NCBI GenBank assembly: GCA_963519005.1
Contig: CAUQKK010000003.1
Coordinates: 42,628-106,627 of the forward strand
Length of the DNA: 64,000 nucleotides
DNA from: an uncultured Candidatus Saccharibacteria bacterium
GTDB lineage: Bacteria; Patescibacteriota; Saccharimonadia; Saccharimonadales; Saccharimonadaceae
Direction of reading: 5' to 3'
The position numbers and the translations under genes were made by a program. This document shows positions 9,340-18,449 of the stretch, one piece after another. Positions within the stretch are counted from its first letter, which is position 1. Every line of letters begins with the position of its first letter. Below the pieces are notes generated by a model. The model made no database searches, was not told where the DNA came from, and saw nothing but the letters and a program-made list of their open reading frames with translations.

Positions 9340-11754
9340 CTAAAACCGCGGTGCGGCTTCTGTTGTAGTGGCGGTAGTGATGGGTAGGTCGTTGTTTTTA
9401 TTGTAACGCGAGCCCCACATAAAGACATCGGCACGTTGGTTGAGCACCTCAGCAGCTTCGGCGAGGTTATCCTTCTCAGCACCAAAGGTGCGACGCAGCT
9501 GGAGCTGACGCGCCATGATAGTACCGTTGATGGTGAGCTTTTCTTTGCAGGTCTCGGCGGTGAGCCCATTGAAATACGCACCAACGTGACGGATCTCGTC
9601 GCAGGTAGAGATGACTCCCCCGCTGCCACCGGTTGGCTGGGCTATCAGCCAGGCATTCACTTCTTTAACATTATGTCGAACAACGATATTCTTAGCCTTA
9701 ATGACGAGCTGCGAAAGCTTGGTAGCATCATCTACTGTAGTAGCACCATACTTGAGGTCACCATCAATCGTCACTGTGCCGCTTGCTTCCACCACCAGTG
9801 TGCTACTACCTGGCAGCGTACCGTGAATGGTGGCATCGCCATTGACGGTGCGCATATTGTGGCCAGCAAAGCTCCCGACATCAATCGATGTACCAGCCGC
9901 TGTACCCCGGCCAAAGCTTGGTACTTTCACATTGCTCGGCGGTGCCCAGCGGCCAGCTGGTGTAGCGGTATTAGCAAAGGCAAGGCTATCCTTCGAGCGG
10001 TCATAATCACCACCATACCCCCGCCGGCCAGACAATACACCACCAGTAGCTGATAGGATTTTGCCACCATTTTGCGGTGCCATCATGCCATACTCAGCCC
10101 AACTGCCATACATGTTACCATCCTTAGTCGTCTTGAGAGTGACGATTTGTGCATCGCCATTACCACTCGCCGCGCCAATACCATTGCCGACGCGCAAGTC
10201 GCCACCCCAGATCTGCACCCACGGTAGCTTCGTCACTGTTACGCAGGCGGGCGAGGAAATGCGGCGCTCGTTGCCATCGGTATGTTTATAATTATAATCT
10301 TTGATAGCGACAATGCGGCAGATCATATCCCCTACCTTGGCATCGGCAGCGTTGATATCTTTGGTGTCATTCAGGCGTGTGTGGCTGTCGAGATATTTTT
10401 TGTTCTCACGAAAGGTAGGCTCGTTGGTACAGTCGATCGGCTGCTTGCCGCGCAGCCAGGTACAGGCTGTGTCGCTGCCACTGTAGCTACCCAGGGCATA
10501 GGGATAGCCCACTGCCGCCCCACGATCGAAGATGCTGCTCAAGCTGCCAAGGAACTGCTGGCGGTGCTGCCCTCGCACGATAAACTGGTAGGCCGCGGCT
10601 TCGCTCTCGCTCCGGTCTTTGTCGAGGCTTGCACCAGTGTTGTGGATAGATTCGTCAATCCGGCTAGGCGCAATATTCCCACCCTCTAGTGTGGCAAGCT
10701 TTTTGCTGTCGATCGTGGCCGATGGATAGAGCTCAAAGTCTGAGTGCACACTAGCACACGCCGGATCGCTGCGCCGCCACGCTGGGTCACCAGCAATGCC
10801 AGGTGACCACGATATCCGTTGACAGAGTGTGCGGCCAACGTCGCTCGTTTGAATGCGATAACTCGTGAAGCGGTCGGTCGTGCCACCGCTCGGATACACC
10901 GTATAAAAGAGCTGTCCAGGCCGGCCCGTCACATTGCGCGCGAGGCTATGCCCACCACTGTAATTATTAGCAAAGCCGGTGCCATCCATCCCCACGGACA
11001 CGGTTGCACTGTTGGGGCCATTGTTGCGGAGATCATGCGCCCAGTAGATTTGTTCACCCGGAAAGGCTCGGACGGATTTTTGCATATTTTGCGTGCCAGG
11101 CCACTGCTTGCCCACATAGCTTTGGCCGTTGATCGTCCAAGGTGGGATGCGCCGCGTGATCGTCACCTTCACATCACTCGTACCACAGGCAATATTCTCG
11201 CTAGCAGCAAGGGTACGCCCGCCATCAGTCGAGATACAGCTATACAGGCCAATCCCCACCGTACGCGACTGCCCCACCGGGATATCAAACTGGCCAATGT
11301 CGAGCTGCGCCCGCACTTCGCCACCCTGGCTGGTGTATTGGTTTTGGCCACTGACGCGCCCGCGGTACATCACGCTTGACTGGACATTCTTGATGCGGCT
11401 ATTGCGGTTGTAGTTCCAGTTCATGTTGCGGTCGAGGTGCATCGAGCTAATGTCGAAGGGACCCGAGCGGTTACCCGAGTAACCCGAGCCACGAATGACA
11501 ATATCGACGAGGCCAGTCTGGTTGTGGTCGATCGAGATACCCGACTTATAATAATTCCGCTCGCCAGGCTGCGAGAACCACACCACTGCACAGGGACTGC
11601 CACTGCGGCAGAGCTCGGGCAGCTTGGCCTCGACCTCGTTGTTGGGCCGAGCCGTGGCCAGCCCACCCAGCGCCGCACTCACCCCCACAGCGCACAGCAG
11701 CCCCATCAGGCCAGCACGCACCAGTGATTGGCGGCAAAAGTGTACAAATGTCAT
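9340..11754 (-). CDS. Large secreted Cys-containing beta-rich protein, putative pilus-associated adhesin
   Basis: Signal-peptide-like N-terminus (GLMGLLCAVGVSAALGGLATA), paired Cys, Gly/Ser/Thr-rich, C-terminal LTINGTIMARQLQLRRT; immediately upstream of pilM. Confidence 0.7.
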   Translation of the reverse strand: MTFVHFCRQSLVRAGLMGLLCAVGVSAALGGLATARPNNEVEAKLPELCRSGSPCAVVWFSQPGERNYYKSGISIDHNQTGLVDIVIRGSGYSGNRSGPFDISSMHLDRNMNWNYNRNSRIKNVQSSVMYRGRVSGQNQYTSQGGEVRAQLDIGQFDIPVGQSRTVGIGLYSCISTDGGRTLAASENIACGTSDVKVTITRRIPPWTINGQSYVGKQWPGTQNMQKSVRAFPGEQIYWAHDLRNNGPNSATVSVGMDGTGFANNYSGGHSLARNVTGRPGQLFYTVYPSGGTTDRFTSYRIQTSDVGRTLCQRISWSPGIAGDPAWRRSDPACASVHSDFELYPSATIDSKKLATLEGGNIAPSRIDESIHNTGASLDKDRSESEAAAYQFIVRGQHRQQFLGSLSSIFDRGAAVGYPYALGSYSGSDTACTWLRGKQPIDCTNEPTFRENKKYLDSHTRLNDTKDINAADAKVGDMICRIVAIKDYNYKHTDGNERRISSPACVTVTKLPWVQIWGGDLRVGNGIGAASGNGDAQIVTLKTTKDGNMYGSWAEYGMMAPQNGGKILSATGGVLSGRRGYGGDYDRSKDSLAFANTATPAGRWAPPSNVKVPSFGRGTAAGTSIDVGSFAGHNMRTVNGDATIHGTLPGSSTLVVEASGTVTIDGDLKYGATTVDDATKLSQLVIKAKNIVVRHNVKEVNAWLIAQPTGGSGGVISTCDEIRHVGAYFNGLTAETCKEKLTINGTIMARQLQLRRTFGAEKDNLAEAAEVLNQRADVFMWGSRYNKNNDLPITTATTTEAAPRF

Positions 11755-11852
11755 GCTTATGATTATAGCAAAGTTGGGACAATTGTGCACTGTGTTCATG
11801 ACACAAGGCAGAGACATCGCCATATATCCTTATATAGCTCATAAATATCGTT

Positions 11853-12000
11853 AGCTCTCCCTCCTCACCACTTCATCCGATGGAGTGTGAAAACCGGTCG
11901 TAATGACCGGTTTTCAGCCCAACGCAAGAGGTCGATACCTGGGAGGTGTCGACCCTTGTAGTGTTCCTGAGGAGGGAGTGTGAGGAGGGTGAGCGTGAGA
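11853..12000 (-). repeat. Long form of dispersed structured repeat (copy C), inverted relative to copy B
   Basis: Reverse complement aligns end to end with 2142-2290, including identical GGGCTGAAAACCGGTCATTACGACCGGTTTTCACACTCCATCGGATGAAGTG. Confidence 0.9.
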
Positions 12001-12152
12001 TAGCGCAGGGCTTATCTTGTAATGAAGCAAAATAGCACACCAATGACGAAAGAGCCTTACTTTATAATTATATAAAGCGCAATGCATCCACATTCCTCGC
12101 ATTTTCCTCTTCTCTCCTGCCGATTTCTCCTTTGCGCTGCTATACTATATAT

Positions 12153-13235
12153 ATGAGTCTATCTATCGGTATCGTTGGCCTGCCCAATGTTGGCAAGTCG
12201 ACCCTTTTCAACGCCCTCACCAACAATGATATTTTGGCAGCCAATTACCCCTTTGCCACCATCGAGCCCAACACTGGCATTGTGCCTGTGCCCGATGAGC
12301 GTTTAGCAGTGCTGGCTGATATGTACCACGCCGAGAAGGTCGTGCCGGCCACGGTGACCTTTGTCGATATCGCCGGGCTAGTGGCTGGTGCCGCGAGTGG
12401 CGAGGGGTTGGGCAATAAGTTTCTCGCTCATATTCGCCAGTGCGATGCAATTGTCCACATTGTCCGCGCCTTTGCAAATGACGATATAGTCCATGTCGAT
12501 ACCACTGTCGACCCGCAGCGCGATATCGACATCATCAACACCGAGCTCATGCTGGCAGACATCCAAACTATCGAGACTCGCCTCACCCGCCTCAGCAAAG
12601 AAGCTAAGGCCGATCCAAAGGCACGCAGTACCCTTGAGTATCTGCAGCAGCTGCGCGACGATCTTGCTGCTGGTACCCCTGTTCATCTGAACAAAAATAT
12701 TATTCATGAGGCAATCGCCGACCTCCACCTCCTCACCGCCAAGCCAGTCATCTACGTCTTTAATGTCGACGAAGCCACCCTGGCCAATGCCGAAGCCAAA
12801 GCCCGCTTAGCGGCGCTGACTCGTGGCAGTACAGCGCTCTTCATCTGCGCCACGCTGGAGGATGAGCTCAAGGGGCTGGACGCGAAGGATGCGCTGGAGC
12901 TACTGGCGAGCTATGATGTGCCCGAGGCTGGCCTGACACAATTGATCCGGGCGGCGTACGATACGCTCGGCCTACAGAGCTATCTCACCGCTGGGCCCAA
13001 GGAAGTGCACGCCTGGACGATCCACCAAGGCTGGACGGCACCACAAGCGGCCGGGGTCATCCATACCGACTTCGAGCGAGGCTTCATTGCAGCGCAAGTG
13101 GTGGATTATGACGACCTCGTGGCAGCAGGATCCGAGGCCAAAGCGCGCGAAGCCGGCAAAATCCGCACCGAGGGCAAAGCCTACGTCATGCAGCCAGGCG
13201 ATGTGGTAGAATTTCGATTTAATGTAAGCAAATGA
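12153..13235 (+). CDS. ychF: Redox-regulated ATPase YchF
   Basis: GIVGLPNVGKSTLFNALT, ANYPFATIEPN, DIAGLV, IHTDFERGFI, GDVVEFRF. Confidence 0.97.
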   Translation: MSLSIGIVGLPNVGKSTLFNALTNNDILAANYPFATIEPNTGIVPVPDERLAVLADMYHAEKVVPATVTFVDIAGLVAGAASGEGLGNKFLAHIRQCDAIVHIVRAFANDDIVHVDTTVDPQRDIDIINTELMLADIQTIETRLTRLSKEAKADPKARSTLEYLQQLRDDLAAGTPVHLNKNIIHEAIADLHLLTAKPVIYVFNVDEATLANAEAKARLAALTRGSTALFICATLEDELKGLDAKDALELLASYDVPEAGLTQLIRAAYDTLGLQSYLTAGPKEVHAWTIHQGWTAPQAAGVIHTDFERGFIAAQVVDYDDLVAAGSEAKAREAGKIRTEGKAYVMQPGDVVEFRFNVSK

Positions 13236-13256
13236 TTCTAGCTAGGAAACATAAGC

Positions 13257-13286
13257 AAACTCGCCATGAGCTTGTGGCGAGTTTTT
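13257..13286 (+). terminator. Intrinsic terminator of ychF
   Basis: AAACTCGCCA..TGGCGAGTTTTT. Confidence 0.75.
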
Positions 13287-13344
13287 GCATGGACTATTAC
13301 TATAATCTTCTCAGAAGACCCAGCAAAGAGTACACTGGTGGTAT

Positions 13345-13980
13345 ATGTATCATTATATGCGGCGCATTGCCATACCGGTCATACTCGAGGTTGTTTTCAT
13401 CGTCTCGTGTTTTGTCCTGCCACGGCATCTATATGTTTATAGTAATACAGCATTTTTCGTGGCGCTGCTTGGCTACATTATCGCAACAAAAAGTGTGAGT
13501 ATGCACCAGTGGTGTCGTGCGCTCGCTGGCGGGTGGCATTTTTGGCGGCAGGTAGTAATCACGCTGGTTTGCGCAGCAGGAGCATTTGGTGTGACAAGCG
13601 TGCTCGAGCAAGCCTTTCCTCACCTCACCACAGGTGCCATTACAATGCCAGTCAAGACGGCAGGCGAATTGCTACTTTTTGCGCTCTCAACCATCATTCT
13701 CCCCGCCATCGTAGAGGAAACAATTTTTCGCAAGCAAATGATCTGCCTAGCCAGTCGCACAGCGATCATCTGCACCACTTTGCTGAGTGCTATATTGTTT
13801 GCCGCAGAGCACTTTGTCGCACCGTGGGGTGTGCTGCTGGGCATGGTGTGGGCACTGCCATTTAGCTTGGCATATGGTATGACGCGCAACGTGTATGTAC
13901 CAATGACGGCACATGCCATTGCGAGCATACTCATCAATGGGCCGACGGTGGTGATGGCGCTATGTGTTGTGCTACGATGA
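13345..13980 (+). CDS. CPBP (CAAX/Abi) intramembrane metalloprotease
   Basis: EETIFR, FAAEH and AHAIAS motifs; multi-TM. Confidence 0.85.
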   Translation: MYHYMRRIAIPVILEVVFIVSCFVLPRHLYVYSNTAFFVALLGYIIATKSVSMHQWCRALAGGWHFWRQVVITLVCAAGAFGVTSVLEQAFPHLTTGAITMPVKTAGELLLFALSTIILPAIVEETIFRKQMICLASRTAIICTTLLSAILFAAEHFVAPWGVLLGMVWALPFSLAYGMTRNVYVPMTAHAIASILINGPTVVMALCVVLR

Positions 13981-14164
13981 GCGCGTTGCGTATTTTGCGG
14001 TATGTATATATTACGAGCCACAGTATCTGCTTCATCATGCGTTTTTCTCTTATGTCAAAGAATTTCCACAATAACTATATAGTTGACTCTCCAAGACACT
14101 CACATTAGCCTATGCTCTGCTGTTTTCAAATCTGTCTATATATAATATATGGCGATACGAGAGG

Positions 14165-14896
14165 CTACCGCCCTACCCTGCTTTTTTGCAATCGGTAAAA
14201 CCGCTCTTGATTACCATGCGCGCCCTTCACGCTGCTATCGGCCTTGTCGATAATCACACAGTAGGTGCGCACCCACTGCTCGAAGTCGCGCAGGATGGCA
14301 CGGCGCACGCTGTCGTTTTTGACGATACCACTGCGTGTAAGCTGCGCGCGCTGCGCCTCAAACTGCGGCTTGACCATTGCGATGATACTGGTATGTGGAC
14401 TGCTAATGCGTACTACGTGCGGTAGAATTTTGCGCAGACTAATGAACGATACATCAATGACAATAATGTCTGGTGTGGTGGCTGGCACAAAATCGCGAAT
14501 ATCGGTTTTTTCGTGCAGCTCGATGCGCGGGTTGCCACGCAGGCTGGAGTGGAGCTGCTCCGTCCCCACGTCCACCGCATACACCATGCACGCACCATGC
14601 TGCAATGCATAGTCAGTAAAGCCGCCAGTGCTGCTGCCAACATCAAGTACGATAGTATTATCAAACGAAATATTAAGCCGCTGCGCCACGCTGGCTAATT
14701 TGAGCCCCGCCCGCGACACATAGCGCTCGTGCGCCACCAGCTTTATCTGCGTCGACTCATCCACAAACATACCCGGCTTGTGCGCCACCACACCATCCAC
14801 CAATACCTTGCCAAGGCGAATCCAATTCTCGGCCGCTGAGCGTGTTGCTGCGTGGCCGCGCGCTACCATTGCTTTGTCTAGTCGTTGTTTTTGCAT
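14165..14896 (-). CDS. tlyA: TlyA-family rRNA 2'-O-methyltransferase
   Basis: S4 domain (RLDK), YVSRAGLKL, LDVGSSTGGFTD, DVSFISL, VKPQFE, GNQE. Confidence 0.95.
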   Translation of the reverse strand: MQKQRLDKAMVARGHAATRSAAENWIRLGKVLVDGVVAHKPGMFVDESTQIKLVAHERYVSRAGLKLASVAQRLNISFDNTIVLDVGSSTGGFTDYALQHGACMVYAVDVGTEQLHSSLRGNPRIELHEKTDIRDFVPATTPDIIVIDVSFISLRKILPHVVRISSPHTSIIAMVKPQFEAQRAQLTRSGIVKNDSVRRAILRDFEQWVRTYCVIIDKADSSVKGAHGNQERFYRLQKSRVGR

Positions 14897-14971
14897 GTTC
14901 TTATTATACTGCACGAGTGGATAGATAGTTAGTTGGTGTGAAGCTAATAGACCTGCTGCATTTTTACACAA

Positions 14972-16555
14972 TGCATGAGGCTATGGAGCATGATGATGAG
15001 ATTGGATGATATTACTGCGCGCGGATATGCTTCTTACTTCCGTCGTTTTTCAAATTTTGATGATGAAGAAATCCGCTTTGTTCTTTGCGCGCTATTGCAG
15101 CTTTTATATTAACAACACACTCAAACTATCGCGCACTGCAGCATGCTATTCTTCATTCGCATATGTCGTTGGAAACTAGCAGGATATTCAAGACACAAGA
15201 CAGCTCAGCCAGACATATAGTATATATAACAAAAATCGAGTGGACATCGTGATAGCAAAATATCTTGCTCGTATGGCTGTGCCACATCACCAACGAACTG
15301 CACATTTATCTTGCCACACAAGCACCACACACAGAAAAACACGCCGCCACTGCAGCAGATGCTTCGCATAACGAGCCCACTCGCCTGAACAAAAATTTGA
15401 TTTTTGGCAGCATCACATTTTTGCAAGCCAAGGGTGAGTATCTGTGTATGCCACATGGTATATTTCGCATCTTTGCGGCACATAGACGAGCCAAGATGTA
15501 TCGCGCGATATTTTGCGTTTATGTATATTTTGCAAAATTTGCATGAGCCATCTATAAGCAGTTCTAGCTGCTATAATATGCAATTCATTTTTGCACAAAC
15601 CTGCAAACGATGATTATTTTTATCATCAGCCATTCGTGCGTGCAGTCTATACTTCGCAGCAACATATCGCCTTGCTATGTTTCGCCCAACCTGCAAAAAA
15701 TCAAAAATGAAACACACTCCAGCCAACCACAACAAACGTGCACAAAAAAGCAAGAAGTCAAAAATATCCAAACTCAAAAAATAGACAAGCTGAACAATGA
15801 TCACATTTTTTATCTCGCAGCAACAGCTCCACTCGTTATGTTGCCATCCGCAATTTTTTGCAGCAGCACGCCAAAGCAAAGCGCGTAGCTTCGCAGCTAA
15901 ACAATAAAAAAGTGTGTTCATTATTTATATTATGCTTATGTTTACTCTGGTACATTTTGTATGATACTCTATTGCCATAAGCGTTATTACATTGCTAAAG
16001 GTAAGTGCGCGTCTGTAACGAAAATTTATTCATTAATGCTTATGATTACTGTGTTTATCCTGGGTGCAAGCATACGTGTGTGCGCTCCATGCCGCACGAG
16101 ACAATCGTTGCGCTTACTACATCGTTGTTATGCTCACTATACCCCTTCAGCTATCGTGGTGTTGTTTGTACATCACCATACCTCTTCCTTCATGTTGTGC
16201 TTATATCATCGTTTCATTCAATCGCTGTACTTCCTACGACGCTCATATTTCGAACGTTCGCCAGGTATTCTCTGTTTCTATTCTGTCTTTTTTACAATAC
16301 CTTGTATATTTTGGCATCATCCTCATCACAAAGAGCTATGTTGCATTCTCTACAATAATATCTAGACTCTATCGAGCTTGACGGTAAGCCTCATGTGTTG
16401 GTTATTACAACATTATTTATACCCTTTTTCTTGCACATACCATTCAGTAAAAACACAGCGCGCCCATAAGCTTATGCTCAAAATCGGCAAAAATCGTCTC
16501 TACTCTACGTTGTTTTTATCACATCTCTAGGATATTCCAACCTAAACATCACACG
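14972..16555. other. Long AT-rich tract without credible ORF (tract 1)
   Basis: Only overlapping low-complexity ORFs lacking SD or recognisable motifs; recurrent TTTTGCA/TGCAAAA. Confidence 0.7.
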
Positions 16556-16559
16556 GCAC

Positions 16560-16589
16560 AAAATATACACCGCTTTTCGCGGTGTATAT
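16560..16589 (-). terminator. Terminator of the rpsF-ssb-rpsR-efp unit
   Basis: ATATACACCGC-tttt(c)-GCGGTGTATAT with an A-run on its left (+ strand). Confidence 0.7.
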
Positions 16590-16660
16590 GTGCTATCCCT
16601 ACGTATTCTCACTTTTGCATGTAAACGCGATGAGAGCGGCTCTCACGAGCTCTCAGGGCA

Positions 16661-17221
16661 CTATTTCTTGCGCTCGCGGTACTCTCCGCTTGCTGTATCG
16701 ACAGAAATAACGTCGCCTGTCTTAATAAAGGCTGGCACCTTGACGACAAGGCCCGTCTCCAGCGTCGCATCTTTGAGCACACTGCTGGTTGTGTCACCTT
16801 TTACAACATCTTCGGTGTAGGTGACTTGAAGGTAGAGATTCTTTGGTAGCTCGACATTGATCACTTTGCCGTCGAAGAATTGCAAACCAAGGTTATCCCC
16901 TTCCTTCAGGTAGTCCTTAGCGCTGTCGACGAGGTCTGCAGCAAGCTCAAACTGCTCAAAGCTGGTTGGTTCCATAAAATAGAACGTATCACCATCATTA
17001 TAGAGGTACTGCACGCTCTGTGTTGATACCTCGGCGGGCTCAATCTTGTCTTGCCCCTTGAAGGTCTTGGGCAACACGCTCCCATCGATCAAGTTCTTCA
17101 GCCGCACATTCACAATCGAGCCACCCCGGCCCATCACCTTCTGATTATAGTCCACAACCCGATACGGCTTGCCATCGAGCTGCACAATCACGCCTTTTTT
17201 GAGGTCAGTTGGTTGGTACAT
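16661..17221 (-). CDS. efp: Elongation factor P
   Basis: DLKKG, YLYNDG, VKGDT, ATLETG, VPAFI..GD.I.VDT..GEY motifs. Confidence 0.96.
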   Translation of the reverse strand: MYQPTDLKKGVIVQLDGKPYRVVDYNQKVMGRGGSIVNVRLKNLIDGSVLPKTFKGQDKIEPAEVSTQSVQYLYNDGDTFYFMEPTSFEQFELAADLVDSAKDYLKEGDNLGLQFFDGKVINVELPKNLYLQVTYTEDVVKGDTTSSVLKDATLETGLVVKVPAFIKTGDVISVDTASGEYRERKK

Positions 17222-17303
17222 CACCTATCTCCTGTTTAGTAGTTGCTGCTTCGTTCGAAACATCCGCCAGCGCAGTCACAGAGGTACTGCGCTGAAAAAG
17301 TTC

Positions 17304-17504
17304 CTAACCTTGCGCCACAAATGGCAGCAACGCCAAGTGGCGAGCCCGCTTCACTGCCACAGCGAGCTGTCGCTGTTGTTTATCCGACAACCCTGTGCGG
17401 CTGCGTGGCTCGATCTGCCCATAAATATTAGTGAACTTTTGCAATGTCTTTGCGTCTTTGTAGTCAAAATAGACCGGTGTGTCCTTGCGCATGCGCTTGG
17501 CCAT
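17304..17504 (-). CDS. rpsR: 30S ribosomal protein S18
   Basis: [27 protein letters not shown]. Confidence 0.97.
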   Translation of the reverse strand: MAKRMRKDTPVYFDYKDAKTLQKFTNIYGQIEPRSRTGLSDKQQRQLAVAVKRARHLALLPFVAQG

Positions 17505-17528
17505 TATTTGTTCTCCTTTAGTATGTTG

Positions 17529-17978
17529 TTAAAATGGTATTTCTGATAGGTCAATTGGTTTGTCGTCGATGTCTTCGATGACAACATCCTGGCTGCTACC
17601 ACTGTTAGTTGGCGTTGTAGTCGGTGTTGTATTTCCGTCAGCACGTCCACCACCAACGAAGGTGAAGTCCTCTACTGTCACTTCTACAACAGAACGCTTG
17701 TTGCCATCCTTATCGTCGTAGCTGCGCTGGTCGAGGCGACCACTGACGAGCAGCGGGCTACCCTTCTTTACATATTGTGCAATGGTTTCGCCAGTCCGTC
17801 CCCAGGCTACACAGTTAATGAAGCTGGTTTGGTCTTGGTTTTGGCCATTTTGGTTGCGCCATGTGCGAGTGACCGCTAGTGTAAAATTCGCTACGTTCTG
17901 CCCACTTGCTGTGGTGCGCACCTCTATATCGCGCGTCAAATTGCCCATCAAAATAACTTTGCTAAATCCTCGAGCCAT
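17529..17978 (-). CDS. ssb: Single-stranded DNA-binding protein
   Basis: KVILMGNLTRD OB fold; acidic tail DLSEIPF. Confidence 0.97.
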   Translation of the reverse strand: MARGFSKVILMGNLTRDIEVRTTASGQNVANFTLAVTRTWRNQNGQNQDQTSFINCVAWGRTGETIAQYVKKGSPLLVSGRLDQRSYDDKDGNKRSVVEVTVEDFTFVGGGRADGNTTPTTTPTNSGSSQDVVIEDIDDKPIDLSEIPF

Positions 17979-18026
17979 ACATCCTCCTCGATTCTTTACT
18001 GTGGTTATTAGTTATTGTGGTAATTT

Positions 18027-18371
18027 TTACTCTTCTGTTTGGCGGCTGGCTTCACGCGCTTTGGCCTCTGCCATCAGCTTGCGGCCCTTCTCGTCCACTT
18101 TGACGAGCAAGTAGCGGATCACATCGTCAGAAATATTCAGCGCATTGCTGATCTTCAGCGGTGCATCGGCAGGCAGCGCCACCTCAAAGTAGACATACAC
18201 CGCAAAGTCTTCCTTCTTAATACTATACTGCAGCTTTTTCTTGCCCCAGTTGTCTTCGCTGGTAATAGAGCCACCAGCGCCGAGCACCAGCTCGCGCACT
18301 TTAGCAAGCGGTGCTTCAAGGTTCGATTCGAGATCTGGCCGAATCAAAACCGTTAGTTCATATTGTTTCAT
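18027..18371 (-). CDS. rpsF: 30S ribosomal protein S6
   Basis: MKQYELTVLIRPD, WGKKKLQYSI, VIRYL; SD AAAGGAGG upstream. Confidence 0.96.
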   Translation of the reverse strand: MKQYELTVLIRPDLESNLEAPLAKVRELVLGAGGSITSEDNWGKKKLQYSIKKEDFAVYVYFEVALPADAPLKISNALNISDDVIRYLLVKVDEKGRKLMAEAKAREASRQTEE

Positions 18372-18425
18372 ATGTAAACCTCCTTTGGGATCCATATGGA
18401 TGTTTATCCGGACGATAAACTTAGG
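18372..18425 (-). promoter_or_regulatory. rpsF 5' leader, candidate S6:S18 autoregulatory element
   Basis: mRNA strand CCTAA-GTTTATC.gtccg.GATAAAC-ATCC.atat.GGAT-CCC-AAAGGAGG: two hairpins and a CCC next to the SD; TATAAT -10 near 18441. Confidence 0.45.
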
Positions 18426-18449
18426 TTAATAACGCATTATATTATACGC

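Noticed and set aside
11960..11975. CTGAGGA in repeat copy C, and CTGATGA near 38075 on the - strand, as hammerhead ribozyme cores
   Set aside because: Copy B has CCGGAGGA at the same position, and neither site has GAAA after a stem II.
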